NCBI GenBank assembly: GCA_963777155.1
Contig: CAVZPM010000001.1
Location: forward strand, 128,001-192,000
Reading direction: 5' to 3'
Source: Candidatus Bathyarchaeota archaeon
Lineage (GTDB): Archaea > Thermoproteota > Bathyarchaeia > Bathyarchaeales > Bathycorpusculaceae
DNA length: 64,000 nt
Every line of letters begins with the position of its first letter. Within the stretch, counting starts at the first letter, position 1. The position numbers and the translations under genes were made by a program. The notes beneath the pieces are model-generated. The model worked only from the letters and a program-made list of their open reading frames with translations, had not been told where the DNA came from and did not search any database. Below are positions 29,531-39,720 of this stretch, in pieces.

Positions 29531-30883
29531 CTATTCGACCGCTTCTTCCGTTTTTTGCGTTTTTCTAATTCTTTTGCTCACAAACAAAAGAAGTAACCCT
29601 ACGCCTCCAAAAGTGATTCCTAAAGCTAATGCTTCCAGACTCATTGTTATTATCATGAATGATAAAGCTGCAATGGCTATGATCGGTACATAGGGATAAA
29701 GTGGAACCTTGAAGGGGCGGTAAAGGTTTGGTTCAGTCTTTCTTAAACGAATTAAGGCTAATGCCACCATGATTGCTGTAACAGAGTAGCCAAGGGATAT
29801 TGCGTAAACAATAAAATTAATTGATCTTGTCAAAACAAAAAAGACGGCTATTAAAACAGTTAATGCTAGCGCTACATAAGGAGTCCTGTTCCTTGGATGA
29901 ACTTTTTTGAAGACTGATGGCAAGAAATCATTCCTACTCAAAGCAAAGGCGATACGTGTTCCACCTGCCATGGCTCCATTAATCGTAGTTAATGTTGCAA
30001 CCATTGCAGAAGCAGACACTATTGCGCCGCCTATCGGACCCACAAAGTAGGTTGCGGCATCTTGCAGGGGCGTAGATGAGTTAGCGTAGATTTCTGGTGG
30101 AGCACCAACAACCATAGCTATCGATGCGCCAGTGAAAAGCAGTGTAATAACAGCCAAAGTTAAAAAAAGGGCCCTTGGGATATTTCTTCCCGCAGTTTTG
30201 ACTTCTTCAGACATCTGAGTAATTGACTCATACCCTGCGTATGTGGGAAAAATAAAACTCACCATTAAGAACATGGGCAATATTCCTTTTGGAAAGAATG
30301 GTTCAAATCTGTTTGCTTCAAAACTCAGAGAGGCGCCAGAAATAAAAAAGCAAAGTGTAAAAATTAAGACGCCGGTGAGGGCTAATTGGACGATGCTCAT
30401 GCTTCTAGTTCCTCTAAAGTTGATTAAAGCAAACACAATCAATGTTAGAATTGCCAATGTGAAGGGCTCTACCCACCTAAGGAAATAGTTAACTGAAAGA
30501 GCAAAAACCAGTGAACCGATAGCGCAATCAGTAATGCTGCCTACCCAACTAAACCATCCCGCTATGAACGTAGGAGTTTTTTTGCCGAATGCGCGTCCTA
30601 CAAAAGCTATTGCTCCGCCCGCGCAGCTTGGAACGGATGCTCCAAGTTCAGCGTAAGAAAGTCCCATAAGGAGAGCAAAGAAAGCCCCAATTAAGAAAGT
30701 GACCACAATGCTAGGTCCAGCCTCGCTCACGGCTCTACCCATAATGGCAAACATTACGCCTCCTATTGCTGTGCCCACACCTAGAAATGTTGTTTGCACA
30801 AGATTCAAAGTGCGCAATAAAGGAATTTCGCGAATGATTCTATGAATTTTCTTATGAGTAGAGCTTTTTGTGAACACGTACAC
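29531..30883 (-). CDS. APC family amino acid permease
   Basis: GTAIGG, YAELG, YAGYE..SEEVK, RPFKVP. Confidence 0.9.
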   Translation of the reverse strand: MYVFTKSSTHKKIHRIIREIPLLRTLNLVQTTFLGVGTAIGGVMFAIMGRAVSEAGPSIVVTFLIGAFFALLMGLSYAELGASVPSCAGGAIAFVGRAFGKKTPTFIAGWFSWVGSITDCAIGSLVFALSVNYFLRWVEPFTLAILTLIVFALINFRGTRSMSIVQLALTGVLIFTLCFFISGASLSFEANRFEPFFPKGILPMFLMVSFIFPTYAGYESITQMSEEVKTAGRNIPRALFLTLAVITLLFTGASIAMVVGAPPEIYANSSTPLQDAATYFVGPIGGAIVSASAMVATLTTINGAMAGGTRIAFALSRNDFLPSVFKKVHPRNRTPYVALALTVLIAVFFVLTRSINFIVYAISLGYSVTAIMVALALIRLRKTEPNLYRPFKVPLYPYVPIIAIAALSFMIITMSLEALALGITFGGVGLLLLFVSKRIRKTQKTEEAVE

Positions 30884-31326
30884 CTCTTAAGAATCTAGCA
30901 GCAATTTATCATAAGTGGGATAATTATATTAGCTCTTCTGGAGAGGTCATGGGGCAAAAGGCAATGCTGAATCTTTGGGATTTCTGATTGATGCGACAGT
31001 TGTGCAAAATGCTTTTGCATCAGCATCAGCAGCATCTTCTATTTTTAACCTTTTAACGGTTACTGGATCTGTGGGCTTTGAAAAAGCAATCAGAAAAAGA
31101 TTTGAACTCATATATTGATGCAGATTCAAACATCTTTTCCTTTCCAGTAGAACTTACAAAGGCGGCATTTACTCACTTGCTTGAATGCAACTCTAATCCT
31201 AAATTGCGGAGGTGCGGCTTCTACCATTTATCTGATAATCTTTTTTCAATTAATCCTAGCATGCAAAATTTTATCTACTATTTCCCAACACATTATTCTA
31301 AAAAGTAATCTGGTCTGTGGTCTTTA

Positions 31327-31866
31327 ATGGCTAAAAAATCAAAGGTGAACCGCAGCTGGTCGATCAAAGGTTTGGGAGCACAAGAACCTGACCCAAACTT
31401 GAAAGAAAAGTTGATGCTTTTTGGCCAATTTGTGGGCGACTGGGAAATTGCCGAAGCCCAATACATGCAGGCAGATGGAACTTGGATTAAGATGAAAGGC
31501 GAGGTTCACTTTGGATGGATCCTTGGTGGAACTGCAGTTCAAGATGTCTGGATGGGTTACCGTGAAGGTTCACAAAAGCTGACGCTTTTTGGAACGACCA
31601 TTAGGTTCTATGATCCAAAGATTGATGCTTGTCGAAGCACTTGGCTATCTCCTTCCAATGGACGCGTACAAACTTTCATTGCCCGAAAAGTAAATGAAGA
31701 GATAATACTTGAAGAACAAACTTCTGGCGGCTACCCTGAGAAGTGGGTGTTTTCTCAGATAACACCAACGTCTTTCCGATGGCATTCTGAGGAAACACGC
31801 GATAAAGGTAAGACTTGGCAGTTGGCTGAGGAAATGAAGATTCGAAAGATTGTTCAAAAAACATAG
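31327..31866 (+). CDS. Hypothetical beta-barrel protein (DUF1579-like)
   Basis: FGQFVGDW, GTTIRFYDP, FSQITPTSFRW. Confidence 0.7.
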   Translation: MAKKSKVNRSWSIKGLGAQEPDPNLKEKLMLFGQFVGDWEIAEAQYMQADGTWIKMKGEVHFGWILGGTAVQDVWMGYREGSQKLTLFGTTIRFYDPKIDACRSTWLSPSNGRVQTFIARKVNEEIILEEQTSGGYPEKWVFSQITPTSFRWHSEETRDKGKTWQLAEEMKIRKIVQKT

Positions 31867-31882
31867 GCACGGGAAAACTCGA

Positions 31883-32542
31883 ATGGATAAATATGCGCTT
31901 CTTCTTGGATATTGGTCAGCAGCTATTATTGCATTACTCGTCATTCTCATTGACGTGGGCATGATTTTATCAACTATTCTTTTTCCCATGACAAATATCA
32001 CTAACATGGAAGCTTATGCAAGTTCTTTCAACAGTTTGCAAATGTTACCGTTTATTCCATCATTGCTTCTTGCCCCAATGTTCGTGATTATGATGCTTTC
32101 CATCCATCAATACGCTTCCGATGACAGGAAAATTCTAAGTCAACTCGGTTTTTCTTTTTCACTAATCTGTGCTGCTGTGCTGAGCATCCATTACTACATT
32201 CAGTTAACCTTCGTACAACAGGGAATACTGAACCACCAAACAGCAGGAATATGGCAGTTTGCCGCTCCCAATCCTCATTCTTTCTTCTGGACATTAGCTG
32301 CCCTCGGATACGGTTTTATGGGCATTGCCCTGCTATTTACAGCTCCAGTCTTTTCAGGGAAATCTGAACGCTCAATCAAGTGGCTATTCATAGCGAACGG
32401 CGTAGTTGGCATCGCCTTCTTGATTGGAAATGCTTTAAGTATTTTCTTTGTAAACATACTCTCCAGTTTTGTTTGGGGTGTACTATTTCTAATTGCCACT
32501 ATATTGGTAGCCAAGAAATTCAGAAATTCGCAAGAATCATAA
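31883..32542 (+). CDS. Hypothetical multi-TM membrane protein
   Basis: About six hydrophobic helices. Confidence 0.75.
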   Translation: MDKYALLLGYWSAAIIALLVILIDVGMILSTILFPMTNITNMEAYASSFNSLQMLPFIPSLLLAPMFVIMMLSIHQYASDDRKILSQLGFSFSLICAAVLSIHYYIQLTFVQQGILNHQTAGIWQFAAPNPHSFFWTLAALGYGFMGIALLFTAPVFSGKSERSIKWLFIANGVVGIAFLIGNALSIFFVNILSSFVWGVLFLIATILVAKKFRNSQES

Positions 32543-32743
32543 ACAAATCCTTGCTGTTTTTTTCACGAGTACCGTTCTGGGTTCTTTTTCCTAAATTGGC
32601 TTTAGCTGTAGAGAACCGCATAAGTCTATTCCAGTCTTTACGCTTTGTTGATGAACAATCCACAAGCAACGAAGCCAACTTACGTTTAATCCGATCAGTG
32701 TTAACCACCTGGAAAAAACTCCAAAAAAAGAAAGAGTGATGGT

Positions 32744-33904
32744 TTAGATTTTGTAGTATTTACCGTACAGAACTATGCCGACTGTCAAAATAGCAACGCA
32801 TGAAGTAGACACTATAGCCAAATCCAACAGCAAAGTTGTACTTGTCAGCCCAGCGCCGCGTAGAAACAGTGAAGTCAATGCGTCTGTAACGTAGTAGCTT
32901 GGAACGAATTTGCCTACAATCTGTGCCCCACCTGAGAGAGATGCGCCTACAAATGTGCCTAAGAACATTTGAGGAAGCACAAAGAGAAAGCTTAAGCCTG
33001 TTGCTGCACCGGAGGATTTTGCGATGGTTGCGGTGATTAAACCAAAGCCAACGTTCGATACCGAGAACACCAGCACCAAAACAAAAGCGAAAGCATACGC
33101 GGAAGCGCCCACTGGAGGTCTAAAGCCCATAGCATACGTCATGGCGAAGACAAGGGCAGCTTGAATCAACGCTATACCCATGTAAGAGACAACTTGGCCA
33201 AGCATAAACTCTGTTGGCGACGTAGGTGAGATGCGGATGCGTTTCATCATACCATTTTCCCGATCCTGCGCAAAAGATTGTCCAACCATCATTATCAGGA
33301 AAATCGATGCGAACGTAAACATGCCTGGTGCAATGAAGTCGATCGCTGAAGCCTGCTTAACTTGGACCAGCGAAGCGGTTTGTAGCTGAATTGGGCTTTG
33401 CAGGGCAGGTTGGTTTTGGTTTAGCATACCGCTGAGGACTTGCTGAATGATTGGGGGAATAGCTTGGGTGGCGACGAGTGAGCCTTTGTCTAGATACAAT
33501 GGAACAGTTGCGTTTACCCATTGGTTTGCATCATTGGGTGCAGCTTTGAAGGATGTTAAACTGTCGCTGAAACTTGCGGGAATGATTATGAGGGCTTGGA
33601 TTTTGCCTTGGCTCAAATCTAGTTGGGCAGAGGTGTTGGTCGCGTAAGCGTTAACGTGGAGCATAGTCATGTTCGACAGCAAATCCGTGAAGGAGTGTGA
33701 CCACTGCTGGTCACTGTTTACGTCAAGATTGACTAAGCCAACTTGGTAAGTTACAGTTTGGCTGCCTCCAAAGCCACCGAAGGATGCGCCAAAAGCAAAT
33801 ACAAAGATAATTGGAAACAGGAAAATCATGAAGAGGACTGCGGGTTCACGGATTGTTTTCTTGAATTCTTTCTTGGTTAACGCTATAACTCTTTGCGCTC
33901 GCAT
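32744..33904 (-). CDS. ABC-2 type transporter permease
   Basis: KEFK..R, extracellular domain, DRENG..KR...SP. Confidence 0.88.
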   Translation of the reverse strand: MRAQRVIALTKKEFKKTIREPAVLFMIFLFPIIFVFAFGASFGGFGGSQTVTYQVGLVNLDVNSDQQWSHSFTDLLSNMTMLHVNAYATNTSAQLDLSQGKIQALIIIPASFSDSLTSFKAAPNDANQWVNATVPLYLDKGSLVATQAIPPIIQQVLSGMLNQNQPALQSPIQLQTASLVQVKQASAIDFIAPGMFTFASIFLIMMVGQSFAQDRENGMMKRIRISPTSPTEFMLGQVVSYMGIALIQAALVFAMTYAMGFRPPVGASAYAFAFVLVLVFSVSNVGFGLITATIAKSSGAATGLSFLFVLPQMFLGTFVGASLSGGAQIVGKFVPSYYVTDALTSLFLRGAGLTSTTLLLDLAIVSTSCVAILTVGIVLYGKYYKI

Positions 33905-33905
33905 C

Positions 33906-34649
33906 TTAGAGTTCCTCCCTCATGTTTCTGCCTGTGAGTTGAATGAAGACTTCCTCGAGGTTCTTTACGTTACTTTTTGCGATGAGCTCTTTGGGGGTGC
34001 CAAGTGCTATCAGTTTTCCGTGGTCAATTATGCCGACGCGGTCACAGAGTTCCTCAGCTTCGTCCATGTAATGGGTGGTCAAGATTATGGTTTTGCCCCT
34101 GCTTTTTTGTTCTTTAATGAAGTCCCAGACTGCATGGCGGGACTGTGGGTCCATGGCAACGGTTGGTTCGTCTAAAAAGGCGATTTTGGGGTCATGAATC
34201 AATGCTAAGGCTAAACTTAATTTGCGTTTCATTCCGCCGCTGTACTTGGCAGTTACCCGTTTTGCGTCGTCTTTAAGCCCCATCTTCTCAAGTAGCATGC
34301 TGCTTCGTTCGCGGATTGCTTTTTTGTTCATGCCATAGAGGTTGCCGAATAACTCAAGGTTTTCTTTCCCGCTCAAATAGGGGTAGATAGCTGTTTCTTG
34401 AATGCAGACGCCCATTAACTCTTTAACTTTCTGGGTGTCTTCTTCCACGTTATAGCCAAAAACTTTGGCTGAGCCGCTAGTAGGTTTTACTAATCCACAA
34501 AGAATGTTTATGATGGTTGTTTTGCCTGCACCGTTGGGGCCAAGCAACCCGAAGAGTTCACCCTCTTGAACTGTCAGGTTTAGCTTTTCAACGGCAACAG
34601 TGTCCCCATATTTTTTGGTTAGTTCTTCTGTTTTTATTGCTTCCGTCAT
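33906..34649 (-). CDS. ABC transporter ATP-binding protein (DrrA-like)
   Basis: GPNGAGKTT, YSGGMKR, LDEPT, TTHYMDEA. Confidence 0.95.
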   Translation of the reverse strand: MTEAIKTEELTKKYGDTVAVEKLNLTVQEGELFGLLGPNGAGKTTIINILCGLVKPTSGSAKVFGYNVEEDTQKVKELMGVCIQETAIYPYLSGKENLELFGNLYGMNKKAIRERSSMLLEKMGLKDDAKRVTAKYSGGMKRKLSLALALIHDPKIAFLDEPTVAMDPQSRHAVWDFIKEQKSRGKTIILTTHYMDEAEELCDRVGIIDHGKLIALGTPKELIAKSNVKNLEEVFIQLTGRNMREEL

Positions 34650-34785
34650 GATAATTACCTTTGAGGTACAGTAGGCGTTTGGGAATTTAGTTTCTTGTTT
34701 ATGCTTAGGTGTCGGGAAAAGAAGTTATTGAGAGGTAAAAGTCATTTTTTAACTATAACAGATTAACAAAGTGGACATATTTGGT

Positions 34786-35688
34786 CTAAGGGATTTGGTC
34801 GCGCCAAGTCTTGAATATGTAGCCAGTAAAGATGATGTTTGGAGCCGCCGATTGAACTGATGACTCTTGTTCAAAACTTTCTCGAATTTCTTTGAGTTCT
34901 TTGGTAGTGGGTGTCCAAACCATGAAGATGCAGGAGTTGGGTATGTTGCTAAAACTCCAGTAAAAAAGAGTGTTGGGATAATGTTTTTGCAGGATAAGGT
35001 TGGGTGTTTGGGGGTTGGCTTCTGCTTTGAGGTTCACCTGGAAGACGCTCATGATGTCGTTTGAAGCGTCTGGGTACCACTCAATCGAAAACTGGATAAG
35101 AAAGTTCTTTTCCATGCGGGCAAGTCGGCGCCGAACGGTTTTGGTCGAGACGCCTAGCTCTTCTGCTATGTCGGAGGTGGGTTTGCGTGAATCATCCTTT
35201 AAAGATCGAATGATCTTGTAATCGAGTTCGCATAGTTTTGTGTCAATGTGGTTGAAGTCTAGATGTTTTAGCGTCGGCGGCATGGGTGAACCAGTCAACC
35301 CGACTATGGGCTCTGGAATTTCCACTGTCTCCTTAACAAACCGCACCAGCCCATCCAACTCGCTAACATTCCGCAAAAATGCGCCTAAATAGAGGATATT
35401 TCCGCCGCCTTCCGCCAACCAGTAAATCGAACCCTGCGTCTCCAACTTTTCCCTTAAATTTGAAATCGGGTTAGCTTTTGAGTAACCATAAATGAACACA
35501 TGGATTGCGTTCTGGGCAAACACACTAAGACTTGCATTAAATTTGCGAATGATGCCCATTTCAATTAATGTTTGGATCCGATTATGCACCGCGGTGACTG
35601 ACAGATCCAGTTTCTCGGCCAACTCACGATATGATAGCCTTGAATTTCCCAGCAGAAGCTGACATAGAATCATATCAGTCTTGTCCAA
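34786..35688 (-). CDS. Tandem Lrp/AsnC family regulator
   Basis: Two HTH units (NSRLSYRELA; DSRKPTSDIAEELGVS). Confidence 0.88.
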   Translation of the reverse strand: MDKTDMILCQLLLGNSRLSYRELAEKLDLSVTAVHNRIQTLIEMGIIRKFNASLSVFAQNAIHVFIYGYSKANPISNLREKLETQGSIYWLAEGGGNILYLGAFLRNVSELDGLVRFVKETVEIPEPIVGLTGSPMPPTLKHLDFNHIDTKLCELDYKIIRSLKDDSRKPTSDIAEELGVSTKTVRRRLARMEKNFLIQFSIEWYPDASNDIMSVFQVNLKAEANPQTPNLILQKHYPNTLFYWSFSNIPNSCIFMVWTPTTKELKEIRESFEQESSVQSAAPNIIFTGYIFKTWRDQIP

Positions 35689-36009
35689 GCGTCCACCACA
35701 GTCAATTTATAATGAATTAGTTCTGAACACTTGACTTAAATTTTTGCGTCGAATCGAGTTCTCTTCATCATTTCATTAACGAGGTATCATTCAATTTCAA
35801 GAATTTAGTTAAAACATTAATAGAAAATGGATAAGCGGGTAGACATCTTGAGTGGAGGGTAGAATCCCGCTCCCTGAATATTCCTACTGATCTTTCTGCT
35901 AAACTTACGGCAAATCCTTTTTGTATACAGCAAAATTCAAATCAATAGTCATTTTAAGAAACAAAATTCTAATATTAACCTGTGTAGTCCTTTTATCAAA
36001 CATCCGTGT

Positions 36010-36087
36010 GGGCCGGTCGTCTAGCCTGGTTAGGACGTTGGCTTTACGAGCCAAAGGTCGCCGGTCCGAGTCCGGCTCGGCCCACCA
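36010..36087 (+). tRNA. tRNA-Val (TAC), CCA encoded
   Basis: GGGCCGG...TTGGC TTTACGA GCCAA...GCCGG TCCGAGT CCGGC TCGGCCC A CCA; T-loop reads TCC instead of TTC. Confidence 0.92.
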
Positions 36088-36117
36088 TCTACTAACTATA
36101 AACAATAAATTGGAATT

Positions 36118-36498
36118 TTATTCTAACCTGAAAACCAGTGCTAACTTTTTCTTGTTTAAATCTTCGAGAATTCTTACCCCTTCTGCAGGCATGTCGTCTT
36201 TTTCTTCTTCTGTTAATTTTCTAACAGTCAAATCACTGTTAACATGAAAAGGACGCTTACATGATTGACAATTTTCGTATGGGAAGAGTTCGTCTAACGG
36301 TTTTGTTATCTTCTGCGTTACACCGCAGTTAGGACAAGACCTAAACACGTGTATTGGCTTTGGTTTTTGCGCCTTTACAAGAATATCCAAGTTTGCTTCT
36401 AACTCTTCCCATGAAGGATAAATGCGGCGTAGAGGTGAGTCTCCTTTCCTCCACATGACTCTGAGCATATTCAATAATTCTTTTTTCTCAGTAGACAA
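36118..36498 (-). CDS. Zinc-ribbon hypothetical protein
   Basis: CPNC and CQSC pairs. Confidence 0.65.
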   Translation of the reverse strand: MSTEKKELLNMLRVMWRKGDSPLRRIYPSWEELEANLDILVKAQKPKPIHVFRSCPNCGVTQKITKPLDELFPYENCQSCKRPFHVNSDLTVRKLTEEEKDDMPAEGVRILEDLNKKKLALVFRLE

Positions 36499-36572
36499 GT
36501 AGTAATCAATATCTAGATTCTGTGTCCCTCTTTTTAGATTTTACGCTAAATGAGTTTGCGAATTGACTCGGC

Positions 36573-38316
36573 TTATTCGGATTGGTTTTTACTTCTTTTG
36601 CCGTTTATAACAAGGTAGATGCCACCAACGATAATTGCAACAATCACCATTGCAACCCCTACACCGTAAACAACTTGAAGCCAATTTGTTTGCCCATTTG
36701 TACCTGCGGGAGTTAGGGTAGGAGTGGTTGATGTGAACATGATTTTTATTTGGTGTGTGCTGAAATGGGTTGTATACCATACGTAGTAGTTGTCTGCGTC
36801 TTGGGTGTAGCCTTGGTTTTGGGTTGGCACTCCGTCTATAAAGATTAGGGGTGTTGTCTCCGGTGGCACTAAACTTTTCGGGATGGATATGCTGCTAAAA
36901 CCTAGAGTACCGTTCTCGCCTGTAACCGTAAAAAATAGTCCCGTTGTTGTGGCGTTGTTGATTGCGATTGTCACGTTTGACATCTGCGTGCTGGTTATGT
37001 TGCCGCTTAAGGTCAGGTTAACTGTTTTACCGTTTTCTGTCACAGCTGGCACTGTTGAATTTGGTTGTGTGATTGAGGTGGGTGTTGGAGCTGAAGTTGG
37101 TGCTGGATTTATTGTAGAGTTTGAAGAGCTAAGGGCGTAAAGTGTTCCTTTTTCTGAGCATACATACAGTACGTCCGTTCGCGATAGCTGCAGACGACCA
37201 AACATTAGGACCATCTAGTTGGTAACTCCACAGTTTCGCTCCAGTAGCGGCGTTTAGAGCATAAAAATTGCTGTCGCCTCCGCCTGCGTAAACCACGTTG
37301 TTTCCAACGATGGGCGAGGCGTAAACTTCAGTTCCAGCTGGGTAACTCCATAACATTTTTCCCGTTGAAGAATCCAGAGCATAGAGCATGCCATCGGTGG
37401 AAGATGTTAAGTGGTTATATGTGCCTACATAGACCACTCCGTTAGCGACGGCAGGCGTTGAATAGACCCAGAAGTTGCCGGTTGAAAAACTCCACAACTT
37501 TGCTCCTGTGGCAGCATCTAACGCGTAAACTGTGCCGTCAGTGACCAAATCTGCGCCGATGTAGACTTTTCCGTTGACAACTGCAGGTGAAGAATAGATT
37601 GTGTCGCCAGCCGTAAACCTCCATATTGGTGCTCCCGTGGAAGCGTCTAGTGCCCAAACTTTTCCACCGTTGTCGCCAACGTACACTATTCCATTGACTA
37701 CAGCTGGAGAAGAACCTACTGCGCCGGCTCCTGTTGGGTAAGACCATAACAGGTTTCCAGTAGCAGCATCCAAGGCAGAAACATTGGCATCGTAAGAGGC
37801 TATGTAGACCACGCCATCAACGACAGCGGGAGATGACTGCACGTAGCTGCCTGTTTTATGGCTCCACAGCATAGCACCAGTCAAAGCGTTAAGTGCATAG
37901 ACGGAGTTGTCCCATGATCCAAAATAGACGACGTTGTCGACAACTGCAGGAGTAGAGTAAACCGCGCCGCCAGATTGATAACTCCATAAAAATACCCCGT
38001 TACTAGCGTTTAAAGCTAGAATTTTACCATCATTTAACCCAACATAAACTATGCCATTGGCAACTGTAGACGAGGAAAGTATTGGACTGGTTTGATAGCT
38101 CCATAGGGTTTGATTTGTAAATGGACCATTTGATGCGGTGTAACCTGAGTGCGTTAAGTCACCATGAAACATAGGCCAAGAATCATTGCTGTTTGTGCCG
38201 CCACTCGCACTTCCTGATGCCGTATTAAAATTGCCGCCAAAACCAGAACTTAACAAGGCTGCCAGAAATGTTGTCAAGAACAATAGAGGTAAAAACTTTC
38301 TCTTCAAGCTTTTCAT
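36573..38316 (-). CDS. Membrane-anchored PQQ-like beta-propeller repeat protein (one extra base at ~37174)
   Basis: Signal peptide, WPMFHGD, repeated SSPAVVxGxVY..ALDAxTG..W; Pro/Thr linker, second domain and C-terminal TM in next frame. Confidence 0.85.
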
Positions 38317-38365
38317 CTGCCAATCTCTACTTGATTTCGAATATTACGTTTTCGATGCGGATTAG

Positions 38366-39358
38366 TCAGTGGAGCAATACCTTTTTGGATAATCCTCCTG
38401 CTTCAAGTATCATCTGGTTATCCCGCATGACAGGTTGGGATGAACTCCATGTTTCTTCGACCGTTTGCTGAAGTTGATGAAGTAACAAAGCCAACTTTTT
38501 GCCCCTACAGGTTAAATCATAAGCTTTCGGTGTTCTTCTCATAAAAACCAGTTTTTTACCTCTCAGGCTTCTTAGGTACTTGTAGGTTCTTCTCAAAGAA
38601 AGCCCAGTTTCTTTGCCAAGCTCTCCCGCAGAAATTCCCTTATAGCCAACAGCATCACAAACTTTTTGTTCGGTCGTTGTCAATGTTTCCTTGTTTGGGT
38701 CTCTTATTGTTCTGAAGAAAAATATGTAGGCTCTTGCCTTTGGAGTTTCTATTAAGCCGGCTGAATTTAATCGTTTGAGCGTTCGTGAAACGTTTTTTGG
38801 TGCGACTAATGCTTCTATATCTTCAAACGTTTTTGGTCCAGAAAGCAAAGCTTGCAAAAGAGCTTCTTCATAGCATTCAGAGTGGGTAGGTAGCTTATCG
38901 GCAAATTCTAAGAAGTCATCGAACAGTTTGCTTAGGCGCGTTCCTAGTGTGGTTGCTCGATAGTTGTCTCGAACACGGGCAGCTAAGCCCACTTCCATTA
39001 GAAGGGGCAGACATTCTTCGCTAAGTAGGTCCTGGCGGTAGTCGTGGCCTGCTCTTTCTATTTCTTGTTGAAGCTGGCTCGAAGAATATGCGCCTTTTAC
39101 AATTGCCTGCATAACGTGAAGTCTTGGCTTATTTTTCAAAACATTGAAAAGATCTTTCATATAATCGGGGTTAGCCATGGCTTCCCATAGATGTCTCAGC
39201 TCACTTTTTAGCAGGTAAACCCTGCAGCCGCTCAAACATTCAAAGGGGGTAATTGGTGCACAGTTTCGACATTCAGCGTTAAGCGATTTTAGTTTTCCCG
39301 ACAGGTAAGTCGCAGTTATCTATTTTACGAGTTGGTGGTACTAGGACATTACTCATCA
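38366..39358 (-). CDS. Multi-winged-helix regulator with N-terminal Cys cluster (one extra base at ~39300)
   Basis: Frame stays open upstream of 39235 as LSGKLKSLNAECRNCAPITPFECLSGC; ATG at 39358 after AGGAG is one base out of frame; three wHTH-like segments. Confidence 0.7.
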
Positions 39359-39388
39359 TTTCTTCTCCTAAATGCCATATGCCACTGC

Positions 39389-39430
39389 TGAAGAAACTTT
39401 GGATGAGTATTCACCCATCCGTTTTCCTCA
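39389..39430 (-). promoter_or_regulatory. Hairpin in 5' leader of regulator gene
   Basis: TGAGGAAAAC-GGATGGGT-GAAT-ACTCATCC-AAA-GTTTCTTCA. Confidence 0.5.
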
Positions 39431-39464
39431 TAGAGCCCTCTATTTTTTAACGTGTAAAAGCGTT

Positions 39465-39520
39465 CTCGTAAGGAATTCTTGACTAAAACAACTTTTTGTT
39501 AGTCAAACTTTCTTGACTAA
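39465..39520 (-). promoter_or_regulatory. Tandem operator TTAGTCAA-N6-TTGACTAA next to BRE/TATA
   Basis: Three exact TTGACTAA/TTAGTCAA copies at 39479, 39499, 39513 plus a degenerate fourth. Confidence 0.65.
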
Positions 39521-39720
39521 GCCTAAATTCCCCTTTTTTCCACATGTTTCGCACCAGATAACCGAATTTGAATAAAATATTCTGGGAAGAAGGCATTATG
39601 AAAGAAAGTTGAAAGATAAGAGAGGTTGTTTGACCTTACTTGAGCCAAAGTTAATATGGTTCAAGTTCACTAGCACCGACAAAATTAGTGAGTTAAAATA
39701 AAAAAAGTGTTTTTTAGGGA

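Noticed and set aside
30947-31308. Short ORFs and possible gene remnant
   Set aside because: No recognisable family or consistent frame
35836-35875. GCGGG...CCCGC stem with T-arm-like GGGTAGAATCCC
   Set aside because: No cloverleaf and no match to the adjacent tRNA-Val end
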